Shown here piece after piece: positions 42,889-50,599 of a stretch of DNA of 64,000 bases (its first letter is position 1; each line of letters begins with the position of its first letter). Source of the stretch: a virus. The notes beneath the pieces were generated by a model. The model was not told the origin of the DNA, searched no databases, and saw only the letters and a program-made list of their open reading frames with translations. The stretch spans positions 64,001-128,000 of the IMG/VR virus record IMGVR_UViG_3300045988_117466; one strand, 5' to 3'. Made by a program: the position numbers and the translations under genes.

Positions 42889-44063
42889 TAATCAATCACC
42901 TCACCATCTTCAGTCATGAGGCGCTTTTCAATTAGAAAATCTTTAAGATCTCTGTTTTCTACGAGAAGGATTCTTGCCCTTTCAAGAGCTTCATCACGTT
43001 CTCTACTATATTGTTCAACTAACTCAACTTTAATATCTTTGATTTCTGATGCAATGTTCTCATCATAGCCAATCTGTTTATGACGAGCTTCTTCTGAAAT
43101 CTCTGCAACCTGGCGCATTCCTTCACAAGTACCAATATCAAAGGTGTTAATTTCTGCCTCTCGGAACCCAATATCTCGTAAATGCTTTTCTTTCCCGGAC
43201 AGAGTGAATGCACCTTTGGATTTATTATTGTTATTTGTGATAGAAATACCATTTTCTTTAGCTAATGAGTTAATATTATTGACCAGTTTTGAAACTGTTT
43301 CAGATAAGTTTTTGACAACAGCATTGTTCTGTACAGCAGTTGTAACATCAATCGTGTACGCATCAATAGCTGCGTTAAGATTTGTGATCTGAGCTTGTGA
43401 CTTAACAATTTGGATTGCAGCAATCATCTTCATTGCATCATTTTTAGTTTCTTCATCCAAAAAGTTAACAAGCTGAGAGTAGAGTAGAGGCATGTCTTTT
43501 TCACTTGGGTATTCATCAAATGGATCATACCCAATGATTTTAATGACATCCTTCCTATTTTGTTCATATGCTTCTTTAAGAGCTTCAGCATCAGTATAAA
43601 TGGATTCTGTTTTTACTTTGGATACATGAGTCATATCTTTAAAAATATCACTATCACGCCAACGCTTACCATGATACTGATTCAAACCAAGACTTGTTAG
43701 ATAAACACCCCATATAGTTTTATTTTCTTTCTTTTTACCTCTTTCTGGAGGCTTGTTTGCACTGAATACAGCAGTTTCCCATAAATCTTCATAGAATGGC
43801 TTATCTAAATACTCTAAAGCATCTTGAACGCTTTCTCTTGTCTCTCCAAGAAATTCTCCAGCATCAGTTTTTCTACGAGCAACAGCAGTAGAACAATCTT
43901 TACAGATTCTTGTAATACCTGTTAAAACTCTAGGATCTGAACTACTATAGAATTTTGTCTTTGGAAGATCTTTGTTGCAAAAAGGACAGCGAAATGTTTC
44001 TTCTTTTTGCGCTTGTACCTTTTTAGCAGAGGATTGTGTACGGCGCATTGCAGTTTTCGCCAT
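42885..44063 (-). CDS. Putative terminase small subunit with N-terminal zinc ribbon
   Basis: Overlaps the terL start. CPFC..CKDC motif and a coiled-coil C-terminus. Positional call. Confidence 0.4.
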   Translation of the reverse strand: MAKTAMRRTQSSAKKVQAQKEETFRCPFCNKDLPKTKFYSSSDPRVLTGITRICKDCSTAVARRKTDAGEFLGETRESVQDALEYLDKPFYEDLWETAVFSANKPPERGKKKENKTIWGVYLTSLGLNQYHGKRWRDSDIFKDMTHVSKVKTESIYTDAEALKEAYEQNRKDVIKIIGYDPFDEYPSEKDMPLLYSQLVNFLDEETKNDAMKMIAAIQIVKSQAQITNLNAAIDAYTIDVTTAVQNNAVVKNLSETVSKLVNNINSLAKENGISITNNNNKSKGAFTLSGKEKHLRDIGFREAEINTFDIGTCEGMRQVAEISEEARHKQIGYDENIASEIKDIKVELVEQYSRERDEALERARILLVENRDLKDFLIEKRLMTEDGEVIDY

Positions 44064-44072
44064 ATCTTACTC

Positions 44073-45275
44073 CTAACTTAAATATATTTTTTCAGAAGCG
44101 GTTCTACCCTTACCTTCTTCAAAGATCGTAAAGTAGGCAGCAGAATCGCTTGATTGTAAAATTTTCTCAGCGAATGGATCAACACCCATTACACTTGGAA
44201 CATTAATAACTTCAGCATGACGACCAACATCAGAGCTTTCTAGATGATGTATGTGACCTGCAACCAAGTAGTCTAACTTTACACCATAGAAGTTCTGAAA
44301 TTTACCATACGCATCTTTAATGTTCTTTTTATCACCATGAAAAGCCAGAACATTGAAACCACAGATGTTTTCATAGATCAATCCAGTGGGATTCTCAATT
44401 ACCTCAATGTTCGGGTTATTCTCTAATAATATTTTTAACATTGCTCTTACTACGATACCAAGATTTTCATGACTGAAAGTACCCTTAGGCTGTCCAAGCA
44501 TTCTCAATTCACTATGGTTACCATCAGTCATGTGGAATTTGATTCGTACGTATTGAGACAATTCATTTAACCAATTTGCAAGAAAATATCCATATCTTAC
44601 AGAGCTATCAATAACTCCATATCGCAATATGAATAATTGTCCAACTCTCAGAAGACCATCAATAAAGTCTCCAAGAGAGAAGATGTGTAGCTCTGATAGA
44701 TTATGTTCATCAATCAGGCCAATTGTGTAGCTTAAAAGTTTATACATTCGATTTTCAAAGATTTCTGGATTATATGAATTGATAATCTCACCTGAAAGGC
44801 CTTTAATTTCAAATTCAACACCATAGTGCTCATCTCCGAAGAACAAACAACCAGCTTCTCGATTATGAGTTACCGGCAATAAATCTGGAATTATAAAAGG
44901 TTCAAGATCTTTCATTGCCGATCCAATCTTTTCAAAGATCAGATCATCTCGACCAATCTCACGTTTCCATCTGTTTAATTCAAGTTTTTCTGTTTGAACC
45001 TGTGTCTTCAAAAGCTCTAACTCTCTAGTTTTAGCTTTCACGGCAATAAGTTCACTGCTCTGAGTCATATCAGAAAATACATTTTCATAATATTTCTGAG
45101 CGTTTTGATATTCTTTACGATACTTAGACTCCCCATAGTTGTAACCAAGTTCTTTATTAAGATGTTTGGCTAATTCTTCCCAACTATTGCCTATAATACC
45201 GTTACTCTTCATGTCACACAGTCTCCATATGTACTGTTTTTCGTTTTCGTTTTCCTGTCTGCTTAAATCTACCAA
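44073..45275 (-). CDS. Calcineurin-like metallophosphoesterase
   Basis: GDEHYG, GDFIDG, GNHS and GHIHH motifs appear in the canonical order. Confidence 0.75.
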   Translation of the reverse strand: MVDLSRQENENEKQYIWRLCDMKSNGIIGNSWEELAKHLNKELGYNYGESKYRKEYQNAQKYYENVFSDMTQSSELIAVKAKTRELELLKTQVQTEKLELNRWKREIGRDDLIFEKIGSAMKDLEPFIIPDLLPVTHNREAGCLFFGDEHYGVEFEIKGLSGEIINSYNPEIFENRMYKLLSYTIGLIDEHNLSELHIFSLGDFIDGLLRVGQLFILRYGVIDSSVRYGYFLANWLNELSQYVRIKFHMTDGNHSELRMLGQPKGTFSHENLGIVVRAMLKILLENNPNIEVIENPTGLIYENICGFNVLAFHGDKKNIKDAYGKFQNFYGVKLDYLVAGHIHHLESSDVGRHAEVINVPSVMGVDPFAEKILQSSDSAAYFTIFEEGKGRTASEKIYLS

Positions 45276-45281
45276 TGTGTC

Positions 45282-45692
45282 TTAACCCTCCCAATCTTCG
45301 TTTACCAGTTCCTTAAATCTATCAGTGAATTTACCATATGGTTGTAGTTTTGCAGGAACTGTAATAGGTTCTCTGTTCCTTGGATCAACCAATTCCTTTT
45401 CAGGAATATACCGAGATCCCAGTACAATACCAGAAGCGAGAGAAATCTCAGTGTCTTCAGCATCATTAGTTTCTTTCATAATCTTCATAACACAATCAGG
45501 AATAGCATCTAACACGATTTTACAATCACCCTTAGTGAAACCTGTTGCATCAGAAACCATTGAAACAAGATCACGTTGTTTGTGTTTAAAATAATCTCTT
45601 TTTTTCTTTTTCAATTTTCCAGCACCATCCTTTTTATCATTTCTCCGAGTTACAGTCCGTGCTTGCTGCTCATAAAGAGTCAGCGTACACAT
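45282..45692 (-). CDS. HU/IHF-like DNA-binding protein with a Lys-rich N-terminal extension
   Basis: ..DLVSMVSDATGFTKGDCKIVLDAIPDCVMKIM..VDPRNREPITVPAKLQPYGKF.. fits the HU fold pattern. Confidence 0.65.
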   Translation of the reverse strand: MCTLTLYEQQARTVTRRNDKKDGAGKLKKKKRDYFKHKQRDLVSMVSDATGFTKGDCKIVLDAIPDCVMKIMKETNDAEDTEISLASGIVLGSRYIPEKELVDPRNREPITVPAKLQPYGKFTDRFKELVNEDWEG

Positions 45693-45702
45693 TTGGACAT
45701 AG

Positions 45703-45775
<73 letters not shown>

Positions 45776-45959
45776 ACAAAAAGAGTACATTGTAACTACC
45801 AACAATGTACTCAAATTTAGAAAAGAGGTATAAATTATGATTCCTACAAGAAATCTTAATAGCTTTGTAAATCTTTCTGAGGTATGAAACAACAATAGAA
45901 AAGCGCAATAATCAAAACTTCACAAGAAAGGAGATAATATGATTCCTCAGAAAGATTAA

Positions 45960-46031
45960 CAGGGATAACTGGATTTGAACCAGTGAATACAGCAGTCAAA
46001 GTGCTGTGCCTTACCGCTTGGCGATATCCCT
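45960..46031 (-). tRNA. tRNA-Gln (UUG)
   Basis: Acceptor AGGGATA/TATCCCT, anticodon loop CTTTGAC, T-loop TTCAAAT. Confidence 0.85.
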
Positions 46032-46644
46032 ATATGTATTTTAATTTTAAAGCAGGTCTTCACCTTACAGTCATTTGTGGAATAGTTTGTTCTGCAACAT
46101 AGTAGATAAGTCTGAGCTTTGAGGAGCGACCTCTAACTTCTTACCTAAGTCTAAAAGACCAGTTCTATGACATGATCAATACATGCAATGTCAACCCGCC
46201 ATTCAGAATTAAGTTTTATTGTTATATACTCTATTAGCATATATATTCATTTTGAATTTGAACTTACCCTTAACTGACTTGAGCGACATACCAGCGACTT
46301 TTCTTATACACTGTCTTTTGAACAGCTTCACATCAAACTACATTATTTGGCTTTTCCACCTTTTACGTACCTGCCAGAGTACGCATTGAAGTGGATTATT
46401 CTCCACAGGAGCGTCTATTGTTGTAGCGAAAAGTTCTGTGCGTTAACCAGACCAAAATGCTGCACAATATCCATTTGCTTGAGAGTTTCTCTCTTGTCCA
46501 TATCAAATCACTCCGACATAAAAAGAGACACAAAGAACGTATCCGTACAATGTATCTCTCCAATTCGACATATGTGCCTAGAATATTTCTCGGACTCATG
46601 GCATTGAGTTTTATAACCGAGTTGCTTATGTTTTAAAATACAAA
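46032..46644 (-). ncRNA. ORF-free 613-nt insert in the tRNA array; candidate large structured RNA (strand assumed)
   Basis: No credible ORF on either strand. Flanked directly by tRNA-Gln and tRNA-Trp. Several local hairpins (GTGGA..TCCAC, ACGTAC..GTACGT). Confidence 0.3.
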
Positions 46645-46716
46645 CACCCTAAGCTGGATTTGAACCAGCACGAACGGTTTTGGAGACCGTCATTCTACCA
46701 ACTAAATTATTAGGGC
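46645..46716 (-). tRNA. tRNA-Trp (CCA)
   Basis: Acceptor GCCCTAA/TTAGGGT, anticodon loop CTCCAAA, T-loop TTCAAAT. Confidence 0.85.
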
Positions 46717-46723
46717 GATATTA

Positions 46724-46797
46724 CTGACATGACAGGACTCGAACCTGCAACACCAACGTCCGTAGCGTTGTGCTCTGTCCAGTTGAGCTACATGTCA
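46724..46797 (-). tRNA. tRNA-Arg (ACG)
   Basis: Acceptor TGACATG/CATGTCA, anticodon loop CTACGGA, T-loop TTCGAGT. Confidence 0.85.
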
Positions 46798-46841
46798 TTA
46801 AAATTCGACCTCAATCCACATAGGATTTTGAGGTACTTTCG

Positions 46842-46925
46842 TCCCTGTTGAGGGAATCGAACCCACTCGTGACCGAAGCCATCTGATTTACAGTCAGATC
46901 CGCCTCCTTAGCGGGATAAACAGGG
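46842..46925 (-). tRNA. tRNA-Tyr (GUA), long variable arm
   Basis: Acceptor CCCTGTT/AACAGGG, anticodon loop CTGTAAA, variable arm TGGCTTCGGTCA. Confidence 0.8.
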
Positions 46926-46968
46926 ATATAAGCCCGTGAGCTCGAAAGACATCACAGGACAACCTAAA

Positions 46969-47054
46969 CGCTGCGACAAGGATTCGAACCTTGAGGTCAC
47001 TAGGACACAATAGTTTTCAAGACTACGCCGTTATAACCATTTCGGTACCGCAGC
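46969..47054 (-). tRNA. tRNA-Ser (UGA), long variable arm
   Basis: Acceptor GCTGCGG/TCGCAGC, anticodon loop CTTGAAA, T-loop TTCGAAT. Confidence 0.85.
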
Positions 47055-47059
47055 AAAAG

Positions 47060-47151
47060 CGTACAGAGTGGGCTACGACCCCACGTTACATGTATTCGCA
47101 TGTAAACCCAATTAGCAGTCGGGCGCCTTAAACCAACTCAGCCATCTGTAC
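47060..47151 (-). tRNA. tRNA-Ser (GCU), long variable arm, atypical T-loop
   Basis: Acceptor GTACAGA/TCTGTAC, anticodon loop CTGCTAA. T-loop is GTCGTAG rather than TTCRANN. Confidence 0.7.
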
Positions 47152-47335
47152 ATAATTTTTGTAGACCACTTGAAGTAAAGATTCACAAATCACATTGAAC
47201 CAAGTTATCGAAAGCTTCTACATGTCTTCGTCCGTGCGCATCAGACTAATCATTTTACGATGTGTGATTTATTTATACTGCCTTAGCAGTTGGTTCACCA
47301 AAATCTGTTCGCAAACAGTCTGGATCTCTCGTCAA

Positions 47336-47719
47336 TTACTTGACTAAGTATACTTTTCGGTATTTCTTCCCAAATTTTCTAACTTGGCTGTGAGAAGAGA
47401 AGTACATGTCGATGTGTTTTCCTTTTACGCCGCCTCCGACATCTTCGGCTACCAGTGTCTTACCACCAATTCTCACTTTGCTACCGAGTTTAATTTTTCT
47501 TCGATCGACTGAGATAGTTCTACCGGCTTTTGCTCTGCGTCCAGAAGCAGTACGATTTCCCCATCCACCAGAACAACTACGACAACCACAGTAAGCTGTG
47601 ATTTTGTATGTTCCTAAACATTTGACTTTTTTGCTCTTTGCTGGAACAGAAGAAGTAAGTCCTCTAACTGTGATCAACAAGGCCATTAACAGTGCGATCA
47701 TTGAAATTCTCTTTTTCAT
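47336..47719 (-). CDS. 3D-domain (MltA/RlpA-like barrel) exported cell-wall-active protein
   Basis: Signal/TM MKKRISMIALLMALLITV. ..TAYCGC..GNRTASGRRAKAGRTISVDRRKIKLGSKVRIGGKTLVAEDVGGGVKGKHIDMYF.. matches the 3D-domain pattern. Confidence 0.7.
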   Translation of the reverse strand: MKKRISMIALLMALLITVRGLTSSVPAKSKKVKCLGTYKITAYCGCRSCSGGWGNRTASGRRAKAGRTISVDRRKIKLGSKVRIGGKTLVAEDVGGGVKGKHIDMYFSSHSQVRKFGKKYRKVYLVK

Positions 47720-47924
47720 GTTTGTCTCCTTTGGTTGCTTTTACAAGTTTCCTCTGGAGGTCTATATATGTTATGGACAGTTGCAAGTCTCGGATGTCAT
47801 CTCTGATTTTTTGTTTTTAGCATAGACCTCGGAACCTACGAAGCGAATATTCTTTGTTGAAACAGCGTAGGCGTGAATCTTTGATCCACTGACATTTTGA
47901 GATTTTATCTGCCCTAATAACCAA

Positions 47925-48047
47925 TTATTTACTCTTGGAATCTTTTTTGATCTGCTGGCGTTTCTTGAATGGAACTGGTTTCAATCCCCATGCAGTTCTT
48001 AAATCTTCCAGTGAGTTGTAATGTTCAGTTACTGTATTCCTTTTCAT
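47925..48047 (-). CDS. Hypothetical 40-aa basic peptide downstream of hairpin cassette copy 3
   Basis: ATG at 48047 follows GAAAGGAAGGATATAGACA. MKRNTVTEHYNSLEDLRTAWGLKPVPFKKRQQIKKDSKSK. Confidence 0.3.
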   Translation of the reverse strand: MKRNTVTEHYNSLEDLRTAWGLKPVPFKKRQQIKKDSKSK

Positions 48048-48053
48048 TGTCTA

Positions 48054-48144
48054 TATCCTTCCTTTCATATATCACTATTTTACCACCCCTTCAAAACACT
48101 AGGTTTTACCTGGGTTTCTGAGGGGTATTTAATGTGGTAATTCT
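48054..48144 (-). promoter_or_regulatory. Conserved hairpin cassette, copy 3
   Basis: TTACCACATTAAATAC, hairpin, GGGGTGGTAAAATAGTGATATATGAAAGGAAGGATA. Confidence 0.5.
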
Positions 48145-48237
48145 GCTCACCACTCAAAAATTTGTCTTAAAATACACTTTTTAGTATATATAATTAACTT
48201 TATTTTCTTTTTGAAAATCTGATCTTTTGAGCATTTC

Positions 48238-48330
48238 CTTATCCTTCCTTCCATATATCACTATTTTACCACCCCCTGAAAAACGTAGGTAGAACCTAGC
48301 GTTTTCAGGGTCAATTAATGTGGTAATTCT
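48238..48330 (-). promoter_or_regulatory. Conserved hairpin cassette, copy 2
   Basis: TTACCACATTAATTGAC, hairpin CCCTGAAAACGCTAGG/CCTACGTTTTTCAGGG, GGTGGTAAAATAGTGATATATGGAAGGAAGGATAAGG. Confidence 0.5.
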
Positions 48331-48341
48331 TTTTGCTGGCC

Positions 48342-49196
48342 TTATTTTTTGTCAGAATTATAGTATTTAGTATATCTATTTAACTGCATTTCATTCTTAC
48401 AAGAAATACAATACTGTCTAAGCCGTCCTTTACGATGCTTTTTCTTTTTTGAGATGTCTCTAAAAGGTTCTCCACAACAAGAGCATACAGAAATCTCAGG
48501 ATATCCAATAAAGTGAAGATATCTGTTCCCAAGATTCTTGAAGTCTGTAATTTCAAGAGCGACATCTCCTGAATCAGCAAGAATATCTACAGAGAAGTTT
48601 AAGCTATTAACTTTCTTGCTCATTGTTATACAATCGCTTCTGAACAGTCTGCCGATTATTTGGCATCTACGTTCTCTTGTACCTACTGTATTACCCAATG
48701 AGAATAAATCTTTGTAGTCTGTATTCACCCAGCTGTTATTTTGAGGATTCAGAGCATTATAATACTTGGCCAAACAAAGAGCAGTGAAGAGGATCTTTTG
48801 ATCTCTAAGATTCTCTAACCCATTTATAGTTTCCATTTCAGATTCATAGATCGGCAGTGAATCAATTTCTACAAGAGGATACTTTTTAGCTTTATGAATT
48901 ATCTCATCAATGCATGAATACCATTTGGCTTCTCTGTAGCTCTCACAGGACTCTTTTAAGAACTCATTGATAGTTTTATATACCTCTGCAGGTTCTAAGC
49001 CTTCCTCGTGGATATAATACTTTGCAAGCAGGGTAGCAGTATATGGGATACTGCCTTCCAGCTCTTTTGTTTCTAAAATTTTTTCTACCAGTTTTTTTTC
49101 ATTTAGTACGATATTAATAACAATCAGCCTCCTCAAACATAGATGATTCAATTTGTTTAATAGTTTCAATGACGAAAGAATCTCCGTCATATTCAA
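48342..49196 (-). CDS. Hypothetical protein with C-terminal zinc ribbon (start uncertain)
   Basis: CSCCGEPF..YCISCKNE motif. Overlaps the RNAP stop. The only SD (GAGGAGG) is followed by ATT/ATC codons rather than ATG. Confidence 0.4.
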   Translation of the reverse strand: MNMTEILSSLKLLNKLNHLCLRRLIVINIVLNEKKLVEKILETKELEGSIPYTATLLAKYYIHEEGLEPAEVYKTINEFLKESCESYREAKWYSCIDEIIHKAKKYPLVEIDSLPIYESEMETINGLENLRDQKILFTALCLAKYYNALNPQNNSWVNTDYKDLFSLGNTVGTRERRCQIIGRLFRSDCITMSKKVNSLNFSVDILADSGDVALEITDFKNLGNRYLHFIGYPEISVCSCCGEPFRDISKKKKHRKGRLRQYCISCKNEMQLNRYTKYYNSDKK

Positions 49197-50256
49197 AATC
49201 TCCTGATTCAGCTCTTACAGGATAAGAGATCTGGTGATAGTTTCTCTCTAAGAGTCTTTGGACAAGAATGTCTCCAAACATGTCCCATACAAACTGCTTA
49301 CTCTTACCATTGGTGTAGCAGAGATCAAGAAGAATGTCACAAGCTTTCTCAGGATCAGGAACAGCAGTAGCAACAGCTTCTCTGAACAACATGACTCGAT
49401 TATTGATAATGTCTGTTACATTTAGACCAAAACCACCCTTACCGTTGATCAGAGCATTTAAGGTTTTCATTTTCTTTGAATATTCACTGTACAGCTTCTT
49501 AAGAGCATAATAATCATTCTTGTTGTACTCATGATCTCTTTTGAGAATGGAGTAATCAAAATCTGTTTGTGTGTTCAACTTCTTTAAGTATCCATCAAAC
49601 TCATCCTCAAAGAGCTTACAGATTCGATTCATTACACAAGGCCCTGTACCTACAGGCAAGAACTTATAGTAGTGGTCTAAGAATTCCGCTTCATCCTCTG
49701 TGATAGGTTCTGTATCAGCTTTCTTGAGCAATTCATCAATCGTACACCCAAACCAGATGATGCATTTGTCATTTGAAGCTTTCACATAATTTGTATAATC
49801 CTTTCTCAGATGAGAGTAGATGTAGATCATGAAGTATGGCTTCTTGTCAGCTACGATTCTCTGGTTGAATTCTTTCCGCTTACGATCCTTTGGTGAGTCT
49901 TCAGGATGGATGTTATTTTCCTTGCGATTGTACCAGTAAGATGGTATTGGTTTACACACGATGCCTTTTAGACGATCAATACTTCCTTGTTGATATAGCT
50001 GACCACAAATGATTCTGTAATCTAGTTCTTTAAACTCATCACTGTCAGGGGAGTAATGAGACTGTACTTCAAACTGAGAAGTGATGATGTTTGTTGTGAA
50101 GCCAATTTCGTCTCCAAAGGCATCCTTGTAAGCTTTTAGGATGTCTTTCTTTTTGGGAACAATCTTATTAGCCTTACGCTGCACACAAATGATTGATGGA
50201 AGAGGACGATTGTTCTCAACAAGTATTCTGTTGTTAGTTGTGAAGAAGAGGTCTCC
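49114..50256 (-). CDS. Two-barrel (YonO/QDE-1-like) RNA polymerase, exon 2
   Basis: The frame opens GDLFFTTNNRILVEN.. right after G 50257. No SD. Contains SIDRLKG. Confidence 0.65.
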   Translation of the reverse strand, partial: GDLFFTTNNRILVENNRPLPSIICVQRKANKIVPKKKDILKAYKDAFGDEIGFTTNIITSQFEVQSHYSPDSDEFKELDYRIICGQLYQQGSIDRLKGIVCKPIPSYWYNRKENNIHPEDSPKDRKRKEFNQRIVADKKPYFMIYIYSHLRKDYTNYVKASNDKCIIWFGCTIDELLKKADTEPITEDEAEFLDHYYKFLPVGTGPCVMNRICKLFEDEFDGYLKKLNTQTDFDYSILKRDHEYNKNDYYALKKLYSEYSKKMKTLNALINGKGGFGLNVTDIINNRVMLFREAVATAVPDPEKACDILLDLCYTNGKSKQFVWDMFGDILVQRLLERNYHQISYPVRAESGDFEYDGDSFVIETIKQIESSMFEEADCY

Positions 50257-50599
50257 CGATGTACCCTCGGTTTCCCGATATTTATGGAGAAAGGGGACTA
50301 GACTATATCATTACACAGCATAGGTCTTACACTGTGATGCTCGGCACTTCCCTTGGGGAGTTTCACCCTTTTGGTACTCTACTTGCTACCGATACCGTAT
50401 TCCTCGAATATCAGTGCTTTGGTTAGTCGTTTAACTTTCAATTTCTTGCTTAGCACAGGATTACCACCGACTCTACTCGCTGAGGCTTCCCTGTTAGCAC
50501 ATGTGTTAACTTCCATTTCCTGAAGCTACTGTATGTCACATGTACACCTTACATTTGTAAGTTCACCGAGTTTTACTTCGACAAATGGTATGCTCAGAT
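50257..50599 (-). mobile_element. ORF-less group I intron R (343 nt) in the RNA polymerase gene
   Basis: 7-bp P1 CTTCGAT|/GTCGAAG (50606-50600 / 50582-50576) with U.G at the splice site, terminal G at 50257. Core-like AATCCTGTGCTAAGC at 50448-50462. Splicing restores DFDGD in frame. Confidence 0.85.

Noticed and set aside
45781-45959. Two tiny plus-strand ORFs starting ATGATTCCT (MIPTRNLNSFVNLSEV, MIPQKD) with good SD-like sequences between tRNA-Thr and tRNA-Gln.
   Set aside because: They are 6 and 16 codons long and lie opposite to the tRNA transcription direction. The shared sequence is more simply a ~22-nt direct repeat plus an inverted CTTTCTGAGG/CCTCAGAAAG pair in the tRNA spacer.
48054-48330. 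CRISPR array or a generic tandem repeat.
   Set aside because: There are only three copies, two adjacent. The units are about 90 nt and internally palindromic, without uniform spacers. No CRISPR-like array exists anywhere in the window.
50141-50323. ORF 50141-50323 (+), ORFs 46347-46607 (+) and 46396-46599 (-), 13108-13338 (+), 14201-14452 (+), 39788-39979 (-).
   Set aside because: They lie inside introns, inside the ORF-free tRNA-array block, or overlapping better-supported genes. They have no SD and implausible composition.
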